NCBI GenBank assembly: GCA_951406725.2
Contig: OX597824.1
Location: forward strand, 59,644,001 to 59,708,000
Reading direction: 5' to 3'
Source of the DNA: Octopus vulgaris
Lineage: Eukaryota
DNA: 64,000 nucleotides
The notes beneath the pieces were generated by a model. That model ran no database searches. It saw only the letters and a program-made list of their open reading frames with translations, and had not been told where the DNA came from. Numbering within the stretch: the stretch's first letter is position 1; each line of letters opens with the position of its first letter. Below, piece after piece: positions 44,570 through 58,089 of this stretch. Both the position numbers and the translations under genes were made by a program.

Positions 44570-45000
44570 GGATTTCTTTTTATCATTGTCTATACTCTAC
44601 GTAGTGTAGAATTAACGGAGGAAGTCGAAGTCATCCAGCGAAGCTACACAAAGAAGATCCTCTCAATGCAACAGGTCAGCTAATTGGAAAGGCTGAAAAA
44701 GTTAATACTCTACTTTCTAAAACAATGACCGGAAAGATATGCAGTGATATACATCCTGGAGAGATAGCATCAAAATTTGGCATTGAAAATTACACAAACA
44801 GCAAGGTATCAAAGATTCCAGCATTGCCATGAAGATAAAGAACCAGATACTGCAACAATTTGTATTTCAAGGGCTCAAACTCTTGAATATCCTTCACTAA
44901 AGCCTGATAGACCCACATTAGGTGGATGTAGATGTCGCCAAAATAAAATTTCCTGTCAAGAGTTCTGAAGGATGCTTCAACTAATAAAAGTGTAGAATAT
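44570..45000 (+). mobile_element. CR1/L2-group LINE 3' fragment, decayed
   Basis: 'EVIQRSYTKKI...LERLKKL...ERYAVIY' resembles the C-terminus of CR1/L2-type ORF2. Confidence 0.55.
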
Positions 45001-45085
45001 ACGCGCGTGCGCAACACACACGCACATACAGAAACACACATACACACACTCACACAAAGAAACACACCCGCACAGAAACACACAT

Positions 45086-45123
<38 letters not shown>

Positions 45124-45681
45124 CAAACACATATATATGCATGTGTATGTGTTTGAGTCTACGTGTGTATATGAGTGTGGGTAAGTGTGCGCGTTTGTGG
45201 GTACATGTGTATCATTTGAAAGGATAGTAATAATTTTATCGATTTCTAAATGATCAATTTTAAATCTGACATTGGCAAAAGGACACTGTCGGATATAGAG
45301 ACCACACCATAAAATCATGAATTAGAAGGACATTTTGAAAAGTATCTTTCCTTTGTACAAGCTTCTATATAATCGATATAAGTATAAAATCCTTTGTACC
45401 TTTGTCTGTTTCCAATGCATTCTCAAACGGCTCAACCAAATATGATCAGATTTTACATGGCATACTATTAGACCCCGTGAGTGTTCAGACGTAATTATTT
45501 TGGATTAAAACAATGCAACATTGGCATTGGTTCTGTATTACGTCTCAAAAATCCAAGTATAAAAGTGAAACCTTCGACGAAGTTAGAAATAGTTTGAGTT
45601 TTATAGTTTCACTATCTATCTATCTATCTATCACCTCTTTCTATCTATCTATATGTGTGCGTGTGTGTGTTTGTGTGTGTG

Positions 45682-45748
<67 letters not shown>

Positions 45749-45785
45749 GTATATATGTACATATATATGTATATATATATGTATA

Positions 45786-45823
<38 letters not shown>

Positions 45824-46114
45824 TATATATATATATATGTATATATATGTACACATATATGTATATATATACATATATACATATATATAGAGAGAGAGAT
45901 GTATATATATAAAAATAGATGTATATTTATATATACATTTACATACAAGCATATATATACATATATGTATACTAGCTGGTGTACCCGCTAATTCCCGGGG
46001 GTAAAGATGTTCTATTGAAACGCCTTATTACTCTGATATAAGAAAGCAATTTCGTTATAACTGCCACAAATGGTGTATTTTCCGTCACGAAAAGGTACAA
46101 AATCTGTCAGCTGG

Positions 46115-46305
46115 AGGAGGGAGAGATTGTTGGCGGTTGGCGAGAGAGGGTTTCGGAGGTTGGTGAGAGAGGTTGTCGAGAGAGGTTTTCGGAGGTTGGC
46201 AAGAGAGGTTGTCGAGAGAGGTTTTCAGAGGTTGGCGAGAGATGATGTCGGAGGTTGGCGAGAGAGATTGTCGAAGGTTGACGAGAGAGGTTGTCGGAGT
46301 GAGAG
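46115..46305. repeat. Purine-rich ~30 bp minisatellite in the Helitron 3' region
   Basis: Repeating GAGAGAGG/TTGTC/GGAGGTTGGC units. Confidence 0.75.
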
Positions 46306-49029
46306 GCATCTTTGTTCAAAAATTTCAGTATTGCAGGGCTTCGTGATACACGATGTTTTTTGGTTTTGTTGTTGGCTGCATAGATAAATAAATTTTTCGG
46401 ATTTCCAACTCTAGAGCATCCGACATAGAGCTGTCCGTGAGAAAAAGCAGGTTCTGCAAGATTAAGGCCTACCACTTCCAATGTCTGACCCTGTGCTTTG
46501 TTGATGCTCATTGCAAAGCTTAATCTCAGTGGGAATTGTAGCCTTTTGAAATCAATTTGTGTGTCGGAAGGAATCAGAGGAATCTTTGGAATGAAAACAT
46601 CTTCACCACTTGCTTTCCCAGTCAGTATTGTTGCCGCCAACACTGTTTGCATCAATTTTTTTTTATTATAAGTCTTGTGCCATTGCATAATTTTGGAGGA
46701 TCGAGGTTTCTTACAAGCACAACTGGGGCTCCAACCTTTAGATGCAATTCATGCGGTGGCAGACCTGAAGGTGCAAGTCTATTGAGGAATCCAACGGGGT
46801 AATGAACAGCATCATTGGTGTGGAGCACAGTATCAATTGAATTGTATGTTCGATGATCGCCAGGCAGTTGTTCCAGAAGGTGATTGTTTACGCCATCTAC
46901 TGCGACATTTTTTGGCGCCAAAATTGCACGTTTTCTCAGCCAACTATGGTCTTTGAATTATGTCTTCAGGTTTGGGAAGACTCTCGCCAATAGTTCGTGT
47001 ATATTTGACACCAACTTGCCAAAGGGTAAACTAATCTTCCCAACCTGCTCAACAATTACAGCACTGTTTCCAATATCCATTAACTGCTTGCAGAAGTTCT
47101 CCATGTGCGCATCACCATCTAACTGCACTCTTATGTTTGTTGTAAGTTTCAACTTTCTAACCTTGCCCAAAAGTTATGAAGATTTGATGCTCGCATTTAC
47201 CTCATCTGCTCTCATCTCCTTTGGGATGACTGGGAGTGTTTGTCGAAAGTCTCCTGCGAGGAGTACTGTTAGGCCACCCATTAACCTTGAGTTGCGCCTC
47301 AGATCTTGAAGTAATCTGTCAAGAGCCTCAAAATCTCCCTTATAACTCCTTGTCGCTTTACCCCAAATGATCAATTTGCACTCGGTGAGAATATTTGCTT
47401 TTGTAGTGCCACGACTGATATTGCAGGTTGCTATGTCTTTTTTTGCAAGGTCCAGAGGCAATTTGGAGCAAGAACGAGCTGTGCATCCACAGTTTAATAG
47501 AGTTGCAGCTATTCCACTTGACGCCATGGCAAGGGTTATCTGTTTATTTTGTCGCAGCTTCGCCAAAATAAGATTGATAAGGAATGTTTTGCCAGTTCCG
47601 CCTGGAGAATCGAAAAAGAAGAGATTACCAGTCTCGTTATTATGAAGGCAGTTTCATGATCCTCGTTCAATTTGTGTTCATTATAAGCCATAAACGGTGC
47701 CATTTCTTTGACGTCATAATTGATCTCCCGTACATATTCGATGTCAAGGGTTTCAGATGACACATCTGGTTGAGGCAAGCCAAAAGCAACAACTCCACTG
47801 CCACCCATGGATTTCACTCGGTTGTCTAGGTCATTGAATGCCTCGTTAAAAATAGCCTCGTTGTATTCAACAGTTTCCGATGGGTTCTGCCTTTGAATTC
47901 TGCGTAGTATATCCACTGTCATGCTTTCTCTGATTTTCCCAAAGCGTTACAGGATCACTCAAGGCACGTCATAAGCATGATGGAGAATAATTGGCATAGT
48001 TGGGTTGGAATTTTGGCGACAGAGGCCTCGTCGAGTATTTGATGCCAGTGAGTATCATCTTCAAATAGCCAAGGTTGGGAACAGGCCGCCCTAAAGTTTA
48101 ATCAGAGCTCTCCATTAAACATTCGCAGATCTTGAAAATATGTGGGACCTCGGACAGAGGAGACGTAAAAAGAAGCACTCTTGTTGATTTGGATGGACTG
48201 TGTAAACTTTCTCAATAGCATTGCTTTGAAATATCTCTTCTGCCTCATAGGCGATAACTGGAGTTCCATTTATACATTTTACCCATTTTTCCTAACCAGG
48301 TAAATTTCTGTTGAGCATTATCTTCCGGGAAATAGACACGCTCTCCGCTTTTCAAGATGAACAACTAGATTCACGACCGTTGGATACCGTCTCTGAAGCC
48401 AAATATACGCCAAATCGCCTCATCCGATGATGTGTATCTTCCCAGTAGATAACATCTTATTTCATATCCGTTTGCTGTTCATGCTCATTGACTCCAAAAA
48501 CTGCCATATCGGACCCCTTGTTGATGTATTTGCAGATGTATTTTATGCTCTTAACAGAATTACATGATTCAACATTGATGTGTGCCTCAAATATTTTCGA
48601 TGGGAGTTTGTTGTATGGTACAATCCATCTGTTGTCAACAACCTCTTGCTGGTGTCTTCAATGTTGCAGTATAACCGCCATGTTCAGGTTTTCACTGCCT
48701 GTAGAGTGGATAACCATCATGTCCGGTTCATGTTTCTTGAACGAATAGTCTGAGGAACCTCTTGTGCACATATTCTCCATGCAAGGAGACGAAGAGTTAA
48801 AGCTTCCACAGGGCCCGTGAATCATGTGTTTCTTCACAATGATGTAGAGCTGAGCGTCTTGCTCTGGGTTTGGGTACTCTGCAGAAATGATGTCATCAAT
48901 CGAATCTAACCCTCTCCTTACACCATATGAAGGTATGTGAATGAGGCAGACCCCGTTTCTGCCATTCGATTTTGTACATCCAAACATAGTCTGACTTCTG
49001 TCTGTTCAGGTTTCAGTCTGGCATGCCAT

Positions 49030-49330
49030 GTTTGAGGCTCTTTTTTCGCAGCACGGCTTTGTGTCACTTCGGGTATTTCATTCTGTTGTGCCCTTGAAGA
49101 TGCATCTCGTTGGGCTGCAAAATGAGTTTGTGTTGCCTCGGGGGTTTCATGTCATCGTGCCCTTGAAGATGCTTCTCTTTGGGCTGCAAGACAGGTTTGT
49201 GTCACCTCGGGTGTTTCATTCTGTCGTGCCCTTGAAGATACCTCTCTTTTCACTGCAAGACGGCTTTGTATCACCTCGGGGGTCTCGTTTTGTCGTGCCC
49301 TTGCATGTCTTTGTCTTTGCGAGGCTAGAT
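49030..49330 (-). repeat. ~69 bp coding tandem repeat (RQNETPEV..RLAAQREASSRA) at the Helitron N-terminus
   Basis: About four units, visible in ORF 49152-49412. Confidence 0.75.
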
Positions 49331-49798
49331 ATCGTTGTGTGTCTTTGGCTGTTTCCTTATTAAAAAAAAGATAGTTGGTATGCATCTTAACTGAATAAAT
49401 TATAAAAGTCATATTGTTTGCAAAAATTACTAATTCGACACACTAAAAATCAATATCGAAATTAATCGAACACAAACAATGAAACCTGTGAAATATTTCT
49501 AAATGTGATGCCTCAATTAGTTTAATGAAAATGTATGAACTGTAAATAAGCAATAAATATTGATTAGTAAAATGAGTATAAGTGATACTGGGTGTCCCCA
49601 GTCAATGTGCTATGGAAGTCTGGTTTCATTTTTTATGAATTTTAAGCATTCAAAACATGAATTCATTGTATTGGAACACATTTATTAAATAAGTTCTGGA
49701 ATAAGAAATTTATGTATTGTCATCGAAAAATTTTAACTGGAAAAATACAAAATTATCGGAGTTATGGGCATCGAAGTGTACATACATATATATATATA

Positions 49799-50130
49799 TG
49801 TGGCTCAGTGGTTAGAGCGTCGAGCTTACGATCGTGAGGTTGTGAGCTCGAATCCCGGACCGGGCTGCGTGTTGTGTTCTTGAGCAAGACACTTTATTTC
49901 ACGTTGCTCCAGTTCACTCAGCTGTAGAAATGAGTTGCGACGTCACAGGTGCCAAGCTGTATCGGCCCTTGCCTTTCCCTTGGACAACATCGGTGACGTG
50001 GAGAGGGGAGGCCGGTATGCATGGGCGACTGCTGGTCTTCCGTAAAAAACAACCTTGCCCAGACTTGTGCCTCGGAGGGTAACTCTCTAAGTGCAAACCC
50101 ATGGTCAGTGTCTGACCGAAGGGGGTCACC
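49799..50130 (+). mobile_element. tRNA-derived SINE, family C, full length
   Basis: A box TGGCTCAGTGG, B-box-like GCTCGAATCCC, then 'GTGTTCTTGAGCAAGACAC' domain and a distinct tail; inserted in (TA)n. Confidence 0.85.
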
Positions 50131-50156
50131 ACCATATATATATATATATATATATA

Positions 50157-50552
50157 TCTTTATATATAAAAGTAAGGTTGTGTGTCTGTCTCCTACGATT
50201 TAGATTCCTAACTACTCCCACATTTTGCGGTACAGTTTAACCAAAACCGGGTATCTTATAGTCGTGATTCATATCGAGCCCTTCTGGGTATTAGCGCGCG
50301 TCTACGATGAGTCTACGATTAAAAAAAAAATTACCATCATTTTTTTCCCATTTTAATGCATTTTTTCGCTATTAAATAAGGGAAGTAACTCTCTAAAAAT
50401 GTCTACGATGAGTCAACGATTTTTTTTTTAAATTACCATCATTTTTTTTCCATTTTTAATGCATTTTTTGCTATTTTTTGGCTATAACTCTCTAAAAATG
50501 CTTATATAGTTATTTCCCTTACAAACCCGAGCAACGCCGGGCGATACTGCTA

Positions 50553-50553
<1 letters not shown>
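50157..50553 (+). mobile_element. Non-autonomous Helitron
   Basis: A|TC 5' end; 3' hairpin CCCG-AGCAACGC-CGGG then CTAG|T; internal ~100 bp duplication; a second 5'-end fragment lies at ~51150-51207. Confidence 0.85.
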
Positions 50554-50598
<45 letters not shown>

Positions 50599-50733
50599 AT
50601 ATATATACAAATAATATGCATAGATATATATATTTGCATATATATATATATATATACATACATACATACGCATATATACATACATATATATATATATATA
50701 TACATACATGTATATATATATATACATACATGA

Positions 50734-50967
50734 AAGGGTTTAGCAACAAGTTGCTTCACCACATACCGAAAATTTAGAAATAACAGCCAAAGACAGCTAA
50801 TTCTTTTAACTACAAATATGACTCCATGTGTACATATCTACTACATATGTGGAAAATCGGTGTATGTTTGTCTATGGAGTCATATTTGTAGTTAATAGAA
50901 TTAGCTGTCTTTGGCTGCTATTTCTAAATTTTCGGTATGTGGTTAAGCAACTTGTTGCTAAGCCCTT
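50734..50967. repeat. Near-perfect foldback, ~94 bp arms with a ~46 nt spacer
   Basis: 50734-50827 pairs with 50874-50967 with only a few mismatches. Confidence 0.88.
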
Positions 50968-51083
50968 AATTATATTTATAATTATACATATATATACATA
51001 CATACATATATATGAATACACATATATATATAAACATACATATATATATCGAAGTGTAATGAAATTTAATTATATACATATAT

Positions 51084-51160
<77 letters not shown>

Positions 51161-51319
51161 TAAGGTTGTGTGTCTGTCTCCTACGATTTAGATTCCTAAC
51201 TACTCCCGGCATGGGAACGTCTTTCTTAAATGGCGGTGCCCCAGCATGGCCACAGCTCATTAGCTGAAACTGGAAAAATCATCAAAATCATCATATATAT
51301 ATATATATATATATACATA

Positions 51320-53581
51320 TATTATAAAATGAGATAGGGGTTGTAAATTCAACCCTCCATGGGATAACATACATCCAATATACTGCTAGAGAAGTACCCA
51401 ACAAAGCTAATACATAAATGTTAAAAATTGCGATGCAATTAATTCATTTACTGAATTAGGTGGGCAAAGGTAAAATTATTTTTTACCGTAAATTAATAAT
51501 ACAAAATGAGAAAATGGAGAAATATATCTAAATCAATCATCAACTATCAGATAATACCGAATCAATACTTTATTAAAACACTACACAATAGCAATGATAT
51601 TATACATTAATATAGTACAATAATTACAATCAATATGGTGAAATATAACTAAATAAATATAACAAGACATAGAAATACATTTACATTGTAGCTGACTTGT
51701 AGTGGTCTTTACAATTTGAAACATACAACTTATAAATTTATAATCTTGTAGCTACACATATATATAAATATATATGTTCTGTATTGATTGTTTTTTGTTT
51801 TTTGTCCTGGCTTATAAGGGAAATACACTAGGATATAAATATATATATTTTGGTATATACATAGCACTATGATATTCATGGGGATTTCCAAAATTGATGA
51901 GTGTGTATGCGTATCATAGTTTGGGAAGCTGGTTTTAGATACTGTAATACTAATATGTAATAAATGCGAGTCTATATTGAATGTACATCGTTTGTTTTGG
52001 ATGAGTATATGAGTTTTTGCAGGTATTTATTTGGCAGTTTTATATATTATATATTAAGTTTATCTTTGTACTCATCTTAATTTGTATCTTATGTTATTTA
52101 TTAATAAATCTATTCATTTACTTATATGTGGCTTTATACATATTAGCAGTCTTATATATTTAGTTTATATTTGTACTCATCTTGATTTGTACCTTATGTT
52201 ATTTATCTATTTATTTATTCATTTATTTATATGTAAATATTTACATATTAGCAGCCTGTATACTAAGTTTATCTATGTACTCATTTTAATGTATATTTTT
52301 TTATTTTATTTTAGGTTATTTATCTATTTATCTATTCATTTATCTATTCATTTATGTATATGTGGGTATATACATATTAGCAGTATTATATATTAAGTTT
52401 ACCTTTGTATTTATCCTAATTTGTATTTTATGGTATTTATCTATTTATTTATTCATTTATTTATATGTAGATATATACATACATATCCATTATTTATTAA
52501 AATATATATATATATGTATACATGTTTTTACTTATATTTTCATTTTATTTTTAATTATTTCATCTTATTTTATTTTATCACATTTTAATTTTAAGTAATA
52601 ACAATTATTAACTTATAATTAATTTAATTTATAATTATTTACTTATATACTATTTATTGGTAAGTCCTATTAATTACTATATATGTATTTATACGTCCAC
52701 TGATATTATTTAATGCTAAATCCTGTTAATTAGTATATATGTATTTATGTGTCCACTGATACTTAAAAAAATATATATATATATAAGTACTACGAATGTT
52801 TACATACACATCATATGTGAAAATATATAGTGTATATATATGTTTGTTGTTACACATGAGTATACATATGGATATGTAGATGTGAGTATAATTCTATTAG
52901 TTCGTTGGTGAGGGTTTAAATAGGAATATAATAGTATTGTAATAATACTGGACTTCTTAAGTAGTGATGTTATCTGTATAAGTTATAAGGAGTTATTTTG
53001 ATTATATATCTTAGAATATTAGCGTATTTTGACTTTTTACAATTAATTTCTTATAATTTAATTATTATAACAATAATAAATCTCTGGGCGAGATATAAAC
53101 AGTAACTGCTCTATAACATAAGAGGGATCAGCCATCTGAATGTGGCTAGGGTCAGGGCGGGGTGGTGGGGGTGTTACTGATGCATTTAGCCCCAGGCGAA
53201 CATCGACGTCACCAGAAGAGCTGACACCATTATTATAAACCTCTGTTAACTTAGTATATATGTATTTTTATGTCTTTTGATAGACAAACATAAACGGGTA
53301 TTCTATATTTTATAATTTAGTAAATGTTTGAATGAAACATAACGGTAATGATGCGGACATTTTTAGTTCTGAAATATTTTGTTTACGAAAAATACGGTGT
53401 CATATGAATTATGTACCTTATGACAAATTACACTCTCCATCTAGGTATAATTATATGTATGATTGCATTTACGGATTTATGGACATATGTGAGTGGATCT
53501 GTTTGTAAACACTTAGTGTATAGTTGTGATAGTACCTCTTATGTTATTTATTTATTTATGTTTTGGTTGTGTACGTGGGTA

Positions 53582-53653
<72 letters not shown>

Positions 53654-54036
53654 CATATGACTATGTATGTATGTGCGCACGTTTATATTTATATGTAAAT
53701 TATTTAGGATTTGCACTCATACTTGCATTAAAATCTCTGAAGAGGCCGTAAGATATTCTTGTTAATGTCTCATTTATACCTGCATTATATGGCTAATAGG
53801 TTAAATGAGACATACCTGTCTTCATGGCCGAAACAGCTGTCAGCTACAATGCAAATGTATTTCTATGTCTTGTTATATTTATTTAGTTATATTTCACCAT
53901 ATTGATTGTAATTATTGTACTATATTAATGTATAATATCATTGCTATTGTGTAGTGTTTTAATAAAGTATTGATTCGGTATTATCTGATAGTTGATGATT
54001 GATTTAGATATATTTCTCCATTTTCTCGTTTTGTAT
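51320..54036 (+). mobile_element. AT-rich non-coding element with ~198 bp inverted arms (51499-51696 / 53839-54036), internal ~110 bp tandem repeats and a hammerhead; probably Penelope-derived
   Basis: Arms are near-identical reverse complements; tandem units at ~52040-52480; flanked by (TA)n. Confidence 0.7.
53723..53854 (+). ncRNA. Type I hammerhead ribozyme with an extended stem II; predicted cleavage after C53841
   Basis: CUGAAGA 53737-53743; stem II GGCCGU..AUGGCC 53744-53829; GAAA 53830-53833; palindromic stem III ACAGCUGU; GUC triplet; stem I CU/AG plus UUGCAUU/AAUGCAA. Confidence 0.8.
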
Positions 54037-54072
54037 ATATACATATATATACACATACATATATCTACATAC

Positions 54073-54136
<64 letters not shown>

Positions 54137-54224
54137 ATATAACATATGTATGTATATGTTATATATATATATATAATATACATATATATTTATGTGTTTG
54201 TATATATATATATATATATATATA

Positions 54225-54520
54225 CATTGTCATCAAACATTCTACATTGAAAATCTTTGCAGATAATTCCAAGCTTCAGAATGCCATAAAAGGCATGAGA
54301 GACCGAACATGCCTTCAGTCAGATCTCTTTGCTATTGTCCAATGGCCGAAAGCAACAATATACTTTTAAATGAAGATAAGTTTGATTTGATCTACTTTGG
54401 GGAGGAGGAAACTCTGAAATTACCATATGCTCTTCCCTCGGGTAACTCCCTAGTGTCATCCAACAATACCAGAGATCTTGGAGTGAATGTTGGTAACAAT
54501 CTAAGCTGGAATTCCATCCC
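54225..54520 (+). mobile_element. CR1/L2-group RT fragment
   Basis: 'KIFADNSKL...LQSDL...W...[10 protein letters not shown]'. Confidence 0.65.
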
Positions 54521-54619
54521 TTTATCCTTGCTGCACATTCGCACAGTCTCAAACAGGCTCTGTTTTTGCGAACAGTTTTAAATCACCCATGAAGATGATG
54601 ATGATAATAATAATAATAA

Positions 54620-57310
54620 ATGTAATTGTCCTGCTCTTACTTTTTCCATTGAACCTAATTCCCATAATTTATTTGTTTGTTTTTTTTCTGAGATATTTTC
54701 GCCTAAGGCTTTCCTTCATTTCACTTGCTTTGATTTTCTCGTATTCCAAAATCTCCAGATATTTATATATCCTTTATTTTCTCGCCCTTGGGTAGCTCTG
54801 CGCCATAAGACGACACTACTTTACCTCGGTATTATAAGCATGCCATACTTTTTAATCCCAAATTCCATTCCAATATTCTTATTGAATATCTGCACTATTG
54901 AAACTAGGCTATCTATTTCACTTTCGGTCTTCCCAAAGACCTTTAAGTCACCCATTTTTACAGATGATTTAATTTTCTTCCACTTTTCGAGGTGTACCCC
55001 GATGTTACTTTCCGTATGAGGAATATCATACAAATCACAAACGGCAATGGTGATAAGTTTTCTCCTTGAAATATGCCTCTCTTGATGTTAACCCTCGCCA
55101 AACATTTTTAACGTGAAGATAACTCTGTATTCCAGTTTTTCATTGATCATCTCCTGACAAAATTTGATGTTATCAGACACATGTATCAGCTCCAGTACTT
55201 TCTAAAATCCAGGAATGGGGAACCATGTCATACACTTTCTTATAATCGATCCACGCCATGCTCAGAGTAGTAGGTCTTTTCTTGCAGCCGTTCAGTGCCA
55301 TTCTGTCATGCTTGTTTACTGTTTACTGGCGACGCTTGTTTACTGGTCATGCTTCAAGAACTCTGTGAAGAATTCTTGCTGATTTTCGTAGGTGTTCTAT
55401 GTCAGTTATCATACATATTCTTTCTTTTTCATTCATGTCCGATTTCCCATGCATGACTTGGGCGGGTGATCGCACTGAATCATTGCATTCCGCAAGATTT
55501 TTCAATTCTCATTTTCCTGACTCCTTCTGGAGTTTGCTCGTATCACGTTTTTGCTGTAGGTCGTGATTTCCACAGAGCTCTCAATGGCTCATTCTTGCCA
55601 CATTGTCATGGTGTCTTTTGTATTCGCGTTGTGCCAATTTCGGGCATTCGCTAACGATGTGCCATACTGTTTCACCCATCTCACCACAGTTTGTATTTGA
55701 CGCTATCGGTGTGTTGTCTATTCTGCACTTCATATAGTTGGCCCTTAATACTTGTTCCTGAGCCGCGCATATCAATGCTTCTGTTTCTGTCTTCCGGTCT
55801 CTCCTCCTCATCCATAGCCACCAGACTTCTCAACTTGTCTTTTTTTTTTTGTTCATCTTTCGTTTCTATTTTTCTTTAATAACACAATTTTCAGTTTTGA
55901 TGACGCCGACCTTCTTCGCATGTTTCAACAGTGGCTCCAAGGCCTGTTTTATATACCACCCTAAGCTGTTTTCCTCTGTTTCGATACAGTCCTGGTAACT
56001 GATCAAGCCTCTCCCACCCTTTCTTCTGAACGAGTAGAGCCTATTGGTGTCACTGTCAATATTTTTCTGGTCTTGGTATCCATTTTCTTCACTTCTCTCA
56101 TTTGCCATTTTATAATACCCGCTCCATACCGAAGTGATGCAATCGCCCACGTATTAACTGCTTGGATGTTATTCCTTCCAATCAATTTTGAGCACAACAC
56201 CAACTTCAGTCTTCGAAAATACTCCATCCTCACTTGCTCTTTCATTTCCTCGTTGAACTCCACAAACTATTTTTATCCCTCTGATTCAATCAAGTCTGTA
56301 TGCGGTAATTCTATGCCTGCTAGGGACTGCACCTTGCCTCTTTTTGGGTGAATTATTCCGCATTTCTTGAGTCCAAATTCCATTTTAATATCAATATTAA
56401 AACAGTGGGCCATGTTCACCAAAGAACTCACTTTTGTCTTATCTTTGCCATACAGTTTCAAATCATCCATGAAGAGGAGGTGGCAGATTGTTTGAGATTT
56501 TCCCTTTAAACTCCAGGTAAACTCCAGGTTTACTTTCCTAAGTACCAAGGTCAGGGTTTGATGCAGAGAACAAAAAGCAACGGAGATAGGCTATCACCCT
56601 GGAAAATCCCTCCTCTGATAACCAGTATGCCCTAGCTTTTTCCGTAATATGTCAGTTCAGTTTTCCATCCCACCATACATCTCTTCAGGAAACGCGTTAC
56701 ATTCCTCGCAATTCCAAACAGGTCTAAATACGAATGTAGAATCATATCATAAGCTTTGTGATAGTCAATCCAGGCTATTTCCAAATTTGTTCTCCTTCGT
56801 TTACAATCTTATCATTTTGTCTATCAATAGTTGATCTTTGGTACCTCTGCTTGCTCCATATCTTACCACAGAAAAGTCGACTTTTATTAGGAACTAATAT
56901 TTCAGGTTTTTTATCATCATTAATTTCATAGTAAAATCATTTTTGGTCGGTTTTAAACAATTTCTTTTGCCGGTATTGCTAAATCTGTCGTTCAAACATA
57001 GTTAGCTTTGCTTTTTTTGCATATATGCGCTGTTTCAGTTCAATTACAACATCCAGGCCTTTTGTGTCTACACCATACTTCATCCTAACCTTTTCGAATT
57101 TCCATTCATTCTTAAGTTCTCCATTTCTTTTCCTAATAAGTATTGACACTACACTGCTCTAGGAGTTTAAATTAAATCTTCTCCTTTTTCACCATGGTTG
57201 TTTACTTCCTCTCCTATTCGTCGCTGTTCTGTTCTCAGTAGTTCTCAATTCCATCGTTTCCACCACAGACTTGCTAGCAGCCTTCATAAGATTGTTTGTG
57301 TGATGTTCTT
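54620..57310 (-). mobile_element. Two decayed R4/Dong-type fragments on the minus strand (~54620-55310 and ~55380-57310)
   Basis: 'MAWIDYKKVYDMVPHSWI', 'HLLFMDDLKLYGK', 'HIVSECPKLAQREYKRHHD'. Confidence 0.8.
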
Positions 57311-57527
57311 TGTTTCAATTATTATTGTTGTTGTTGTTGTAGCTCCGTATCAAGGCAGTGTTGGGTAGTACAGTTGTAGGTTTAGCAACTACATGCAAAT
57401 CGTCGTTGAATTCATTTTCAGTTAAAGCAATTTCACACGATCTACTACATGCTTAATATGTTGAGTGTGAACAAATAAAGTAGATTTGTGCTGCATCCCT
57501 GGTAAGGTTAATGCTATTACTGATACC

Positions 57528-57759
57528 TATTTCTTTACTACCCACAAGGGGCTAAACACAGAGAGGATAAACAAGGACAGACAAACGGATTAAGTCGATT
57601 ACATCGACCGCAGTCGTAACTGGTACTTAATTCATCGACCCCGAAAGGATGAAAGGCAAAGTCGACCTCGGCGGAATTTGAACTCAGAACGTAACGGTAG
57701 ACGAAATACGGCTACGCATTTCGTCCGGCATGCTAACGTTTCTGCCAGCTCGCCGCCAT
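57528..57759 (-). mobile_element. Full-length young SINE family A with a 20-bp target-site duplication
   Basis: TSD TTAATGCTATTACTGATACC at 57508-57527 and 57760-57779; head GGCGGCGAGCTGGCAGAA and B box GTTCAAATT. Confidence 0.92.
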
Positions 57760-58089
57760 TTAATGCTATTACTGATACCGGGATATTTTTTATTAACTCT
57801 GAAACGATTACCAACTGCAATGTAATCAGTTAGATTAGTTGGGGTAGCAAAAGCGATTTTAATGTGTTTGTTATATCTACTAGAAGGCGGAAAGTGCTTT
57901 CTTAATATCTTGAAACATTTTCTTGCTAGATGCGAAACGATATTTGTAGCTTGTGAAGGGTTATACCACTATATTTTTATGTAAAAGGTGTAGACTAATT
58001 CGTTTATGGGTACAGTTATTATTTTTATTTGTATAATTATTTTTGTTGTTGTTATTATTATTATTACTAATATTATTATTTAAAAAAAC

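Larger units (their letters stand above)
45972..49790 (-). mobile_element. Decayed autonomous Helitron (Rep/PIF1-helicase)
   Basis: 3' CTAG at 45972-45975 with a subterminal GC hairpin; helicase motifs 'PGGTGKT', 'SSGIAATLL', 'GDFRQTLPV', 'CNGTRL', 'QFPLRLSFAMSINKAQGQTL', 'FSHGQLYV'; Rep motifs 'HGPCG', '[10 protein letters not shown]'; 5' end approximate. Confidence 0.9.

Noticed and set aside
46107-47922. Host PIF1 helicase gene
   Set aside because: Intronless, frameshifted, linked to Rep motifs and bounded by a Helitron 3' hairpin and CTAG.
49799-49866. tRNA gene
   Set aside because: A and B boxes are present but no complete acceptor stem is evident, and the sequence continues into a SINE body.
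52040-52480. CRISPR-like or spacer-containing array
   Set aside because: A diverged AT-rich tandem repeat with no unique spacers, in a eukaryotic intron.
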